DNA of 36,084 nucleotides, from NCBI GenBank assembly GCA_964637135.1, contig CAZWTX010000028.1, positions 1-36,084 of the forward strand. The letters run 5' to 3'. The stretch is from an uncultured Methanospirillum sp. (GTDB lineage: Archaea; Halobacteriota; Methanomicrobia; Methanomicrobiales; Methanospirillaceae). This document shows, piece after piece, positions 27,066 to 36,084 of the stretch (the stretch's first letter is position 1; each line of letters begins with the position of its first letter). The translations under genes were made by a program, and so were the position numbers. Under the pieces are notes generated by a model. It had not been told where the DNA came from, did no database searches, and saw only the letters and a program-made list of their open reading frames with translations.

Positions 27066-28529
27066 TTATTTCCCGGAACACGAGTCCAGGTGGATATCAT
27101 CACGGGCAGTGCAGGCAAAGGCGAGGATCATCACACTGACGAGGAAGGCGAAGAGGAATGCCTGGTCAAAGCCGGGAATGAGGTCTTCGACGGGGATACC
27201 GGCGAGTGTTATCCCGGTGCTTCCTTCCGGGATGACCCCGGCAGGGATCCCGGCCATGAAGATGATCGTGAAGATGGCAACGCCCATGGTGATCGGGAGG
27301 AACCGGAGCAGGCTGATGAACCCTGAGATCATCCCCCGGTACTGCCGTGCAACGGTATTGATGATCATGTTGGATCCGGTGGTGGTCATCGTTCCGGCTC
27401 CGAACCCGATGAGGAGCAGGCATACAATCATACCTTCGTTGCCCATGCCGGGCTGTATCCGGGTGAGAATGAGGAATCCGAGAGCATAGGGGATCCACGA
27501 GAGGGTATTCATCTTCCTCCCCCCGATCTTCTGATTCAACATACCACCCAGAATCCCTCCGATCATGATTCCGATGGAGAGTGATGTATAGATCGCCCCG
27601 ACCAGCGAGGGAGTGAGTTCTTTGACATACTGAAGATAGAAGGGAACAAGGTACATCACCCCGGCTAGGGAGAGGTTTACCAGAAGAACCAGGATCGTAG
27701 GCATGAGAAAGGTTCTCTGCTGAAAGAGGCGCAGTTCGAGGAGCGGGTCGGGAACGGCCAGTTCACGGCGTGCAAATCCGGCAAGCGTGAGGATGGCAAG
27801 GAGAACGAATCCGAGGATGACCGGGCTTGTCCATCCGGCGGCCTCTCCGTTCGAGAGGACGAACAGGAGCGACGAGAGACCGGCGAATACGAGGAGTGCC
27901 CCTGTGGTATCAAATCCGGATCCTGTTGTCCTGGTATCGATATCCGGAATGATGAGGTGAGCGAGGAGAATCGTCCCGATCCCGATCGGGATGTTAATGA
28001 AGAAGATCCAGCTCCAGTGGAAAAATTCTGTCATGATACCCCCGGCTGTCGGACCGATTGCCATCCCGAGGGCAGCAAGGGTGAAGATGGTCCCCATCGC
28101 CGTTCCCCGCTTGCTGAGAGGGATATAGGAGGCTATCATGCCCGGCCCGATGGCGGTGATCATCGTGGCCCCGATAGCCTGGAACGCCCGGGCGGCAACA
28201 AAGACCGGAAAAGAGTCAAAGAGTGCCGGGAGCAGTCCGCAGAAGAGCGATCCGAGGGTGAAGATGCCAAATCCGGTGATGAACATCTTCTTAAACCCGA
28301 CCCGATCTGCAACCTTTCCGAAGATGAGGACCGTACCTGCCATGACGAGGACGTATACGGTGAGGACGAGGCTCGCGGTACCCGGGAGGATGGCAAAGAT
28401 CTCCGAGATGGTCGGAAGGGCAACATTCACGATCGACGCATCGAGAGCTGACATGAAGTTAGCGAGGGCAATCGTGATCATGAGGATTGAAAACCGGGTC
28501 TGCGGGGATGTATACCGGGATACCGCCAT
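27066..28529 (-). CDS. MFS transporter, DHA2 (EmrB/QacA-like, 14 TM)
   Basis: LDASIVNVALPTI, GKVADRVGFKK (motif A), ARAFQAIGA, GPTAGG and WSWIFFINIPIG. Confidence 0.95.
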   Translation of the reverse strand: MAVSRYTSPQTRFSILMITIALANFMSALDASIVNVALPTISEIFAILPGTASLVLTVYVLVMAGTVLIFGKVADRVGFKKMFITGFGIFTLGSLFCGLLPALFDSFPVFVAARAFQAIGATMITAIGPGMIASYIPLSKRGTAMGTIFTLAALGMAIGPTAGGIMTEFFHWSWIFFINIPIGIGTILLAHLIIPDIDTRTTGSGFDTTGALLVFAGLSSLLFVLSNGEAAGWTSPVILGFVLLAILTLAGFARRELAVPDPLLELRLFQQRTFLMPTILVLLVNLSLAGVMYLVPFYLQYVKELTPSLVGAIYTSLSIGIMIGGILGGMLNQKIGGRKMNTLSWIPYALGFLILTRIQPGMGNEGMIVCLLLIGFGAGTMTTTGSNMIINTVARQYRGMISGFISLLRFLPITMGVAIFTIIFMAGIPAGVIPEGSTGITLAGIPVEDLIPGFDQAFLFAFLVSVMILAFACTARDDIHLDSCSGK

Positions 28530-28963
28530 TATCGAGAGTTTTTAAGTCAAAGGTATTTCACTGTTGTGAAGTGAATCACGAATAGAGGGGTCAGAGAAAT
28601 CGGCTCTGATCGTGAATGATGATCGGTTGAAATCCGCACCACTCGGCAGCGACTTTGTTCTCCATTATTCCTTCGCGTTTCCACGACCCCTGTTACGGAC
28701 TCTTTTCCGCTGAAAGTGATTAATGCGGAGTGAACAGATCCCGGTCTTTCTGTTTCCGGACCGGTTAATGCAGTTTCTGTCCTCCTCGTTCATTCCAGGA
28801 TAATCATGTTTAGGGACTGGTTTTGGTATTCCTCTGTTGCATCATGTTAAATCCGGGGAAAATGCGTATAATCCGTATCTGTTCTGAGGTCCGGATCTCA
28901 TTGTAAACCGGTTTTCCGGTGATATTTCCATACCTTCTTCTCCTCACACTGGTATCTTCTGGT

Positions 28964-30760
28964 ATGGCCCCGCTACACCTGCTTGTAATCCTCGTTATGG
29001 CGATGATCCTCGTACAGGGTGTTTCATCCTGCACCACCTTCGTGGTGACGAAAGATGCTTCTGCCGACGGTTCGACCTTTGTCGGCCACACGAATGACGG
29101 ATTTGGTGATTCTGACATCGGTGGTCTCGTGAGGGAGGATGATGTCAGCATCTCATATATCCCCCCGACAGATCATCCGGCCGGGGCGACCCGTCAGGTT
29201 GTCTACGATCCAAACAGTGGCGGGGAGTTCATTGATGAAGGGCCGATGCCCGGTAATGAAACTGTCGTGATCGGAGAGATCCCACAGGTTTCCCATACCT
29301 ACGGGTATATCACCGGGAGTTACGGGATAATCAACGAATACCAGCTCATGAGCGGGGAGTGCACGGATTTCGCAAAGATTCATCCGGATGCCGAAAAAAA
29401 CAAACGGATATTCTACAGTTCTGAACTCTCGAACATCGCCCTCGAACGGTGTAAGACGGCAAAAGAGGCCGTTCTCCTGATTGGCTCCCTTATCGAGCGG
29501 TATGGGTATTACGGAACCGGGGAGACGCTCATCTTTGCTGACCCGGAGGATGCCTGGGTCATCGAGATGTGTGGCGGAACACCGGATGGATCTGGCGGGT
29601 ACTGGGCTGCCGAGGAAGTTCCTCCCGGGCATGTCTTTGTCGCCGCAAACCAGTTCCGGATCCGGGAACTTGACGAAAACAACCCGCGGCAGATCTATTC
29701 CAGGAACCTGATGGCTGATGCCCGGAAGATGGGGTGGTGGGATCCGGCGGAAGGATCGCTTGACTGGGCGAAGGTTTTCGGGATCGGCGAGTACTCCCAT
29801 CCGTATTATTCACTGGCACGGGTCTGGCGGATCTTTGATCGCCTCGCCCCGTCCCGGAATCTCTCGCCGTATGTCATCGACGCGTTCTCAAATGAGTATC
29901 CGTTCTCGCTTGAACCTGATGTTCCGGTGAATATCACCCGGGCGTTTGCCCTGTACCGGGATCATTACGAGGGAACGGTCTTTGATCTGACAACCGGGAT
30001 AGCTGCTGGTCCGTTTGGGGATCCATACCGGGTCTGGGGGCCGTATGATCTCCACGATGCCCCCTATCCCGGTGAACTCAAGCCCGGATCCTGGCAGCGT
30101 CCGATCTCCACCGATCCCTGCAGTTACTCGTATGTCTGCCAGGGAAGGCCTGATCTCCCCGGATCGATAGGCGGTGTCTGCTGGTATGGCCCCTCCTCTC
30201 CGGCAGAGACCTGTTATGTTCCCTTCTATGCCGGGATAACCGGTCTGCCCGATCCCTACACTGAGGGATCCCACTGGACATTTGATATGACGACGTCGTT
30301 CTGGCCGTTCGAACTGGTCCAGAACTGGGAACGGTTCATGTATGACAAAATTTCGCCTGACGTGAAGGCTGAACAGAACCGGCTCGAGACCGCAGCACTT
30401 GCACGTCAGGATGTCATCGAGGAGCAGGCCCTTGCCCTCTACAAAACGAATGAATCTGCTGCCCGGGAGTTCCTCACGGCGTACTCGAACCAGACGGCGA
30501 TGGATGTTATTGCTGACTGGAACGAACTGGCGGGCCGGATCGTGGTCACCTACCGGAACGGAAATTACAATGATATCCGGAATAAGACGATCAGTAACAT
30601 CGGGTATCCGGACTGGTGGTACCAGCTTGCCGGGTACCAGTATGGTCCCCGGGTCTACGATCTGGCTGCCTTACACGAGATCCCGGGTGTGAAGTATACC
30701 GGGAGCGTTGCAAACATCACCGGAGACCCGATCGAGTATATCAGGAAATACCAGACCTGA
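28964..30760 (+). CDS. Secreted peptidase family C69 (Ntn-hydrolase dipeptidase)
   Basis: Hydrophobic leader then CTTFVVTKDASADGSTFVGHTNDG (N-terminal Cys nucleophile), INEYQL..GECT, ALERCKTA, ANQFRI and RDHYEGT. The start is uncertain (28919, 28964 or 28997). Confidence 0.92.
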   Translation: MAPLHLLVILVMAMILVQGVSSCTTFVVTKDASADGSTFVGHTNDGFGDSDIGGLVREDDVSISYIPPTDHPAGATRQVVYDPNSGGEFIDEGPMPGNETVVIGEIPQVSHTYGYITGSYGIINEYQLMSGECTDFAKIHPDAEKNKRIFYSSELSNIALERCKTAKEAVLLIGSLIERYGYYGTGETLIFADPEDAWVIEMCGGTPDGSGGYWAAEEVPPGHVFVAANQFRIRELDENNPRQIYSRNLMADARKMGWWDPAEGSLDWAKVFGIGEYSHPYYSLARVWRIFDRLAPSRNLSPYVIDAFSNEYPFSLEPDVPVNITRAFALYRDHYEGTVFDLTTGIAAGPFGDPYRVWGPYDLHDAPYPGELKPGSWQRPISTDPCSYSYVCQGRPDLPGSIGGVCWYGPSSPAETCYVPFYAGITGLPDPYTEGSHWTFDMTTSFWPFELVQNWERFMYDKISPDVKAEQNRLETAALARQDVIEEQALALYKTNESAAREFLTAYSNQTAMDVIADWNELAGRIVVTYRNGNYNDIRNKTISNIGYPDWWYQLAGYQYGPRVYDLAALHEIPGVKYTGSVANITGDPIEYIRKYQT

Positions 30761-30863
30761 TTTTTTTAACTGCCTTCAGAATAGCTGCGGTACAAACCTG
30801 TTTCAGCCTGACAAGGATCCCCTCTTCTTTTCATGAATGAGACCACTATTCTTGATGATATCA

Positions 30864-31673
30864 ATGACACAACCGGATCGGTCATTCACCTGGAACCCGG
30901 CTGATTACCAGGCAAGTTCGCCGGTCCAGCACCTGTGGGCATGTGAACTGATCGGTAAACTCTCACTCTCCGGCAGGGAAGTGGTACTTGATATCGGATG
31001 CGGGGACGGACGGGTCACAGCAGAGATCGCCCGGGCGGTTCCCCGGGGACAGGTAACCGGTATTGACAGTTCTCCCGAGATGATCAGGTATGCTTCCGAA
31101 AACTTTCCAAAAGCCCGTTACCCGAACCTTTCATTCCGGGAGATGGATGCCCGGGCCCTTTCGTTCACCGGGGAGTTCGACCTTGTCTTTTCCAACGCGG
31201 CTCTCCACTGGATAAGCGACCATCGGCCGTTGATTACCGGTATTGCCCGGGCTCTCCGCCCAGGGGGGCGGATGGTGGTTCAGATGGGCGGAAAGGGGAA
31301 TGCCCACCAGATCTTCAGGCAGCTCGAAACGTTCCTGAACAGACCTGAATGGAGCAACTACTTTATGGATTTCTCGTTTGCGTATGGATTCTTCAGCCCT
31401 GATGAGTACCGGCAGTGGCTGGCAGATGCCGGACTCAGCCCGGTCAGAGTTGAGTTAATCCGGAAAGATATGACCTACTCGTCCATAGAGGGATTTGCCG
31501 GCTGGATTCGGACTACCTGGCTTCCGTGGATGGCACAGGTTCCGGAAGGCGAACGATCCCGGTTCATCAGGGAATTTATTGATACATTCCTCCTCAGGTA
31601 CCCGGCCAGAGAGGGAGTCATCCACGTGGAGATGTTCCGGCTTGAAGTTGAGGCAGAAAAGCGTATTTCCTGA
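30864..31673 (+). CDS. Class I SAM methyltransferase (trans-aconitate methyltransferase-like)
   Basis: WNPADY, VLDIGCGDG, GIDSSPEMI, FDLVFSNAALHWI and LRPGG. Confidence 0.92.
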   Translation: MTQPDRSFTWNPADYQASSPVQHLWACELIGKLSLSGREVVLDIGCGDGRVTAEIARAVPRGQVTGIDSSPEMIRYASENFPKARYPNLSFREMDARALSFTGEFDLVFSNAALHWISDHRPLITGIARALRPGGRMVVQMGGKGNAHQIFRQLETFLNRPEWSNYFMDFSFAYGFFSPDEYRQWLADAGLSPVRVELIRKDMTYSSIEGFAGWIRTTWLPWMAQVPEGERSRFIREFIDTFLLRYPAREGVIHVEMFRLEVEAEKRIS

Positions 31674-31852
31674 ACATTCATCGCACAAATTTTTACAGTT
31701 TAACAAAATATCCCCACTCTGCTGAATCGGACATAATATCACCTCATCCGGAGGTATGAAAATGTCATGGTCTTCCTGATGAATGGAATAAAACCACAAC
31801 AGAACGGGTCTTCAGGCAATTTGAACAGAGAAACTGCCCTGGCGTAAGTTTC

Positions 31853-31878
31853 CCGGTTCCGTTGGCGAATGGAACCGG
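31853..31878. terminator. Strong hairpin between convergent genes
   Basis: CCGGTTCCGTT-ggcg-AATGGAACCGG forms an 11-bp stem with one G.U pair. Confidence 0.4.
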
Positions 31879-31916
31879 ATGTACTATGGTGCTTTGAGGA
31901 TTATCACCGACAAAAA

Positions 31917-32117
31917 TTACCTTTTTTGGAGTAATCCTTCAATTCGGCTGACTTTTTCCAATATCATCTGCTGTTGTTGTATCAATTGTGCGAGATCTGC
32001 CCTGATCTCCCTGACATCTGTTTGCAGTCCGGATTGATCCGGAAACCGATTCTCAAGCCACTCCTGAATGTCCCGGGTATCTCCGGGATGAATGATGCCG
32101 GTTATTCGTGTATCCAT
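31917..32117 (-). CDS. Small hypothetical coiled-coil protein
   Basis: 66 aa from ATG 32117, MDTRITGIIHP...VREIRADLAQL...ILEKVSRIEGLLQKR, with a heptad pattern. Confidence 0.6.
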   Translation of the reverse strand: MDTRITGIIHPGDTRDIQEWLENRFPDQSGLQTDVREIRADLAQLIQQQQMILEKVSRIEGLLQKR

Positions 32118-32180
32118 GGTACTACCTAGTGTCTTCTCTTCTGAAATATACTCAATAATCGATCCTCCGCCCAATCGATG

Positions 32181-32597
32181 TCATGTCTCCTTTTTCAGTT
32201 TACAAAGCACGGAAAAGTTATCCGAATCATTCACGAGGAGAATCAGTTCCATTTCATCTGGCGAGAGGAGGTACCCGGTATCTGTCCCGGTCCCGTATTC
32301 CGCAATCTCCAGCGTTTTCATGTCATGGGAGACTACTCCTGATAGGGGGTATTCTTTTGTCGGGTCAAGCCCGGAGACGATGAGGGTTCCATGAAAGATC
32401 CTCCCTTCCTGCTCGTTGATGCTGAGGACATACTGATAATCACCGGGATGGAAATATCCATATCCGGCGTGATACCCGTCAGATGTACCGTTCCAGGTAC
32501 CGACGAGATCCGGTACCACCGATTCGTCAGCCAGTACCGGTACAGTCCAGAGACCACCAGCGAGCAGGAACATCAGGAGGGTCCATCTTCGTATCAT
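32181..32597 (-). CDS. Secreted hypothetical beta-barrel protein
   Basis: Signal peptide ending VLA, then VPDLVGTWNGTS...INEQEGRIFHG. Beta-strand-rich. Confidence 0.75.
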   Translation of the reverse strand: MIRRWTLLMFLLAGGLWTVPVLADESVVPDLVGTWNGTSDGYHAGYGYFHPGDYQYVLSINEQEGRIFHGTLIVSGLDPTKEYPLSGVVSHDMKTLEIAEYGTGTDTGYLLSPDEMELILLVNDSDNFSVLCKLKKET

Positions 32598-32758
32598 GAA
32601 TGATACTGGATAGTACCCGGATATATTCGTATTGTTCTCGTTTCCTGACCCTGGCCGGGTTTTTTATCAGGGGACTCTTCTATTTGACGAGAATGTCGGG
32701 TCGGGACACCCCCCTCTCTTTTATATAATGATACCGAATACTCACCAGAGTACTACCC

Positions 32759-33574
32759 ATGAAACACCCTGACCGGTCTGGTATTTGTACCTGGGACCCG
32801 TCTGATTACCAGGTAAGTTCGGCTGTCCCGCATCAGTGGGCCGCTGACCTGATAGCAGACCTCCCGCTCACCGGCAGGGAAGCGGTGCTTGATATAGGAT
32901 GCGGTGACGGGGAGATAACAGCTGCAATCGCCCGGATGGTCCCCCATGGAATGGTAACCGGGATTGACCTTTCTGCCGGCATGGTAAGGTCTGATTCTAA
33001 TCAGTTTCCACCGGAAACAAACCCAAATATGGTGTTTCTGGAGGCAGATGCTGACACCCTTCCATTCTCATGCGAGTTTGACCTGGTCCATTCGTACGGG
33101 ACACTGGACCGGATAGCCGATCACCGGCAGGTGCTCGCCGGGATTGCAGAGGCACTCCGGCCGGGAGGACGGGTAGTGATCCGGTTGGGCGGGACGGGAA
33201 CGGCTCATCATATCTTCCGGCTGCTGGGTGATTTCATAAAAAAACCTGAATGGAGCGGGTACTTTACAGACTATCCCTGGAATTATGATTTTTTCGATCC
33301 TGCCCGGTACCGGGATTGGCTCACTGATGCCGGGCTCATCCCGGTGCGGGTTGATCGTACGGAAGAAGTTATCCAGTACTCGTCATGGGAGTGTTTCTAC
33401 CGATGGATTCAGGACACCTGGCTCCCGTGGATCACCCGGGTTCCCGAAGGAGAACGGTCCCGGTTCATCAGGGAGTTTATCGATACCATTCTTCTCATGT
33501 ACCCGGCGGTCGGGGGGGTGGTCCGGGTAGATATGGTGAAACTTTCGGTGGAGGCTGTTAAGCCGGAACGGTGA
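32759..33574 (+). CDS. Class I SAM methyltransferase, paralog of 30864-31673
   Basis: Colinear with the first copy and shares VLDIGCGDG, LRPGGR, TWLPW and VPEGERSRFIREFIDT. Confidence 0.88.
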   Translation: MKHPDRSGICTWDPSDYQVSSAVPHQWAADLIADLPLTGREAVLDIGCGDGEITAAIARMVPHGMVTGIDLSAGMVRSDSNQFPPETNPNMVFLEADADTLPFSCEFDLVHSYGTLDRIADHRQVLAGIAEALRPGGRVVIRLGGTGTAHHIFRLLGDFIKKPEWSGYFTDYPWNYDFFDPARYRDWLTDAGLIPVRVDRTEEVIQYSSWECFYRWIQDTWLPWITRVPEGERSRFIREFIDTILLMYPAVGGVVRVDMVKLSVEAVKPER

Positions 33575-33732
33575 GAGAGAACTCCTTTCAGGCCAGAGAG
33601 AATGTATTCCGGTCTCTATCTTCCCAGGTTCTCCGGCGCCGGTACTGGTGAATTCAGGCAACCATTTTTAACCTGACAATTCACTTCCACGGAGATTCAA
33701 AAGAGCCATCCTTTTTTGACAGTATTCCAGGA

Positions 33733-34227
33733 TCATCCGCCCAGCCGATCCAGATTCCCCGATCTTCGCAGACACTCCACATATTCAGCAACCAGGAAAT
33801 AATTGGTTAAATCATGCTCATCAAGACCCATGAAGATGAATAACTCATCCCAGAGCCGGCTGCTCCCCTCTACCATAAACTCTCCGGTTTCACGGTCAAA
33901 TCCGACGATGATTCGGATTCCCCTGAAGACCTCGTCCTGGTCGTCATAGAGTTCTCTTCCTGTCCCTGTCTCTTCGACCCTGAACACCTGCGGATCGGGT
34001 GCCCGTCCTGGAGGAAGTTTTTTTGCATACCACTCGTTTCCGGTAACATTCGCGCTGACCACCTCCAGTACCGTGGCATCGGTCAGTTCGGTCACGGGAT
34101 ATTTCCCGGTAAGATAGGCTATGAGTTCCTCTACCGGCCTCTTGTTCGGACGAAGCATCGGGCGGTAGATCGCATATGTCTCCTTCCAGGCCTGAACCAT
34201 TCCGGGTGTTACTTCTTTCATCAACAT
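33733..34227 (-). CDS. Conserved hypothetical protein
   Basis: Intact 164-aa ORF preceded by GAGGT/GAGTGA, with globular composition and no recognised motif. Confidence 0.7.
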   Translation of the reverse strand: MLMKEVTPGMVQAWKETYAIYRPMLRPNKRPVEELIAYLTGKYPVTELTDATVLEVVSANVTGNEWYAKKLPPGRAPDPQVFRVEETGTGRELYDDQDEVFRGIRIIVGFDRETGEFMVEGSSRLWDELFIFMGLDEHDLTNYFLVAEYVECLRRSGNLDRLGG

Positions 34228-34263
34228 TATTCACTCAACCTCAAGGCACGCTGCCCGTCTCTC

Positions 34264-36084
34264 TTATGAACCGGTCTGAAGGGATTCAGGTCCGGTCCTG
34301 AACATCCCGGCACAGACAATATAGTCTGTTCCATCGCTGCCTTGGACATGCTGGTACCGCGTTTTCTTCCAGAACAGCCCGCTTTCAGCCGGGCTGCTGT
34401 AGATGTAATCTACCCAGCCGGTGCCATTTGCGAGGGCTCCTGCAACGATATCGTCACGGAACGGTTTTCCGGTGACATCGGTCTTGTTATGGTAATTAAT
34501 CCCGACCGTCCGGATGTTATCGGCATGGGCTGCCATGTTCACGTCGGTATCGTATACAAAGACGTAGAGATCCGGTTTCTCGGCACTCTTGTACGGGGGA
34601 ATACCGGCATTGATCTTCTCCAGCGTTCCCCTGGCGTCTCTGGTCAGATCGGTACTTGTCCGGTTGACGAGATCTATAACCTCGCTTTCGGAGATCATGG
34701 ATTCCGAATACACGGGCTTTAGGTACCGGTACAGGATCCGGTCATACATGGATATCCCGGCCTCATCCTTCTCGGTTCTGATAATCTCCAGCATCTCCTG
34801 GAATGACCGGATCACCTGGGGAGAAGTATTCGGATTGAAGGCAAAATAAAAGTCGTATGTCTCCAGTGTCTGTACCGGTACAATCGCTGCCGGATCGGTG
34901 GCATACTCGCTGATCCGTTGGCGTCCGGGTGTTGATGCATATGCCCACCCGTCGATTCCGCCGCTCTCAAGCATCCGTATCAGGTCTGCAGGCTGATCAG
35001 AATACACGATATCTTTTCCTCCGGCATTGATGAGGGCAGTGGCTGCGATATCATCGGTGATTGTACCGATTTTCATCTCCCCCGGGCTCATGTTCCGGAA
35101 TCTATCGGCCTGATCTGCCATAGAGAAGATGACGACCGGCGTTTTGTCTATCGGGCCTGCCCACCTGAAGAGATTCTCCCGTTCGGGAGATCGTGCAAGG
35201 ATGAGAAGGGCTGTTCCGTTACGGGTCAGGGTCTGCCGGTAGACATTATCCCAGATTCCAAAGCCGATCTGATCCTCCGGTATATCTACCCCGTACCGGG
35301 AGCAGATAAACCGGAGTATATCGACGGAGATCCCACTCGCCACCCCGCCCTCTTCGAAGGTATACGGGTAATACCCCTCGGTCAGGTACTCCATCTGCAA
35401 GAGGTTGTTTTCGAGAAGCCATGATGAGAGGATCTGATCGAATTCACTCATCCCTCCTTCAGGTGGCTTTTTTTTCAGTTCCTCAAAGGCGGTCTGCATC
35501 GTCTCTGCCAGGTGCTCAGGTGTTCCCCTGCTGATGCCGATATACACCGGGAATGTGCCGATAGTTCCGGATACCTTGTAATAGCCTGATTTTCCGGTTG
35601 CATTCCGTATATGGTAATCTGCCGCAATATTACCATAGGCGAAGAGGTCAATGGTGCCATTGTCCAGGGAGGTAAGCATCATGTACGGATCAGGACTGGT
35701 GATGATGGCATTTTTGTCGATGCCGGCAGTTACGAGGTAATCAACCGCAACATCGTCTGTGACCGTTCCGATGGTATACTGAGCCAGGTCACGGGTATCG
35801 GTGTTGGTGATGTTCCTGCTGCGGGATGAATAGAGGACGATATCTGACGAGACAACCGGCCCGACCCAGGAGAAGCGGGTTTCACGGTCCGGAGTCCGTG
35901 CGATCGAGAAGATAGCAGTCCCCGGAACAGTTACTGCCATCTGGTATGCGTCATTCCAGGGAAGGAACCGGATCGATTTTCGGGGAAGTTCATCTCCAGC
36001 CTTCCTTGTTATCGCCGTTACCATGTCCACCATCAGGCCTGTTGCCGTTCCGTTGTCCTGGTAGGTGTACGGGGGATACTCCTC
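34264..36084 (-). CDS. 5'-truncated protein: two family-3 solute-binding domains plus a C-terminal Cache domain
   Basis: The frame is open to the window end (EEYPPYTYQDNGTATGLMVD). SBP motifs occur twice (RTPDRETRFSWVGP; TEGYYPYTF...RSPERENLFRWAGP). Cache motif YVFVYD...AH...DVTGKPF...GTGWVDY...YIVCAG. Confidence 0.88.
   Translation of the reverse strand, partial: EEYPPYTYQDNGTATGLMVDMVTAITRKAGDELPRKSIRFLPWNDAYQMAVTVPGTAIFSIARTPDRETRFSWVGPVVSSDIVLYSSRSRNITNTDTRDLAQYTIGTVTDDVAVDYLVTAGIDKNAIITSPDPYMMLTSLDNGTIDLFAYGNIAADYHIRNATGKSGYYKVSGTIGTFPVYIGISRGTPEHLAETMQTAFEELKKKPPEGGMSEFDQILSSWLLENNLLQMEYLTEGYYPYTFEEGGVASGISVDILRFICSRYGVDIPEDQIGFGIWDNVYRQTLTRNGTALLILARSPERENLFRWAGPIDKTPVVIFSMADQADRFRNMSPGEMKIGTITDDIAATALINAGGKDIVYSDQPADLIRMLESGGIDGWAYASTPGRQRISEYATDPAAIVPVQTLETYDFYFAFNPNTSPQVIRSFQEMLEIIRTEKDEAGISMYDRILYRYLKPVYSESMISESEVIDLVNRTSTDLTRDARGTLEKINAGIPPYKSAEKPDLYVFVYDTDVNMAAHADNIRTVGINYHNKTDVTGKPFRDDIVAGALANGTGWVDYIYSSPAESGLFWKKTRYQHVQGSDGTDYIVCAGMFRTGPESLQTGS

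Noticed and set aside
26981..27118. ORF-track N-terminal extension of the M50-like gene
   Set aside because: It overlaps the MFS 3' end. The internal ATG at 26980 directly precedes the first TM helix.
28591..28665. 24-codon minus-strand ORF (MENKVAAEWCGFQPIIIHDQSRFL) upstream of the MFS gene as a leader peptide
   Set aside because: Only a weak RBS-like GAAGGA supports it, its length is expected by chance, and no attenuator structure was established.
31750..31779. Perfect GGAGGT followed by ATGs in the intergenic region
   Set aside because: The best-spaced ATG gives only a 5-aa peptide (MSWSS), and there is no other support.
1..36084. CRISPR arrays, tRNA/rRNA genes, transposases, integrases or defence systems
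   Set aside because: No regularly spaced direct repeats, cloverleaf or rRNA motifs, or such protein motifs were seen by eye. Frequent CCGG/CCCGGG words look like genome-wide composition rather than a repeat family.

Overview
This is a gene-dense archaeal chromosome segment, most likely from a Methanomicrobiales methanogen (Methanospirillum-like). That assignment is inferred from REC-(PAS)n-HisKA-HATPase kinases with TRHDILN H-boxes, an A-type ATP synthase proteolipid and a sheath-protein-like secreted ORF. The window carries two large sensor kinases (one interrupted by a 100-N scaffold gap), a split YeeE/YedE pair, DUF169, a GntP permease, glycerol dehydrogenase, an ACT plus DUF711 pair, an MFS exporter, a secreted C69 peptidase, two paralogous SAM methyltransferases and an SBP-SBP-Cache protein. 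It also has a hybrid-cluster-protein (hcp) locus with a divergent Cys-rich HxlR regulator, a cupin, a rubredoxin missing from the ORF track and an HD protein. No rRNA, tRNA, CRISPR array or transposase was recognised. The most unusual element is a minus-strand module: a TetR gene, then an 81-aa ORF that is a stand-alone copy of that TetR's C-terminal helices (31/51 identical, own RBS; candidate dominant-negative microprotein), then an orphan ATP synthase c/K subunit outside any atp operon. All family calls come from motif recognition by eye, not database searches.
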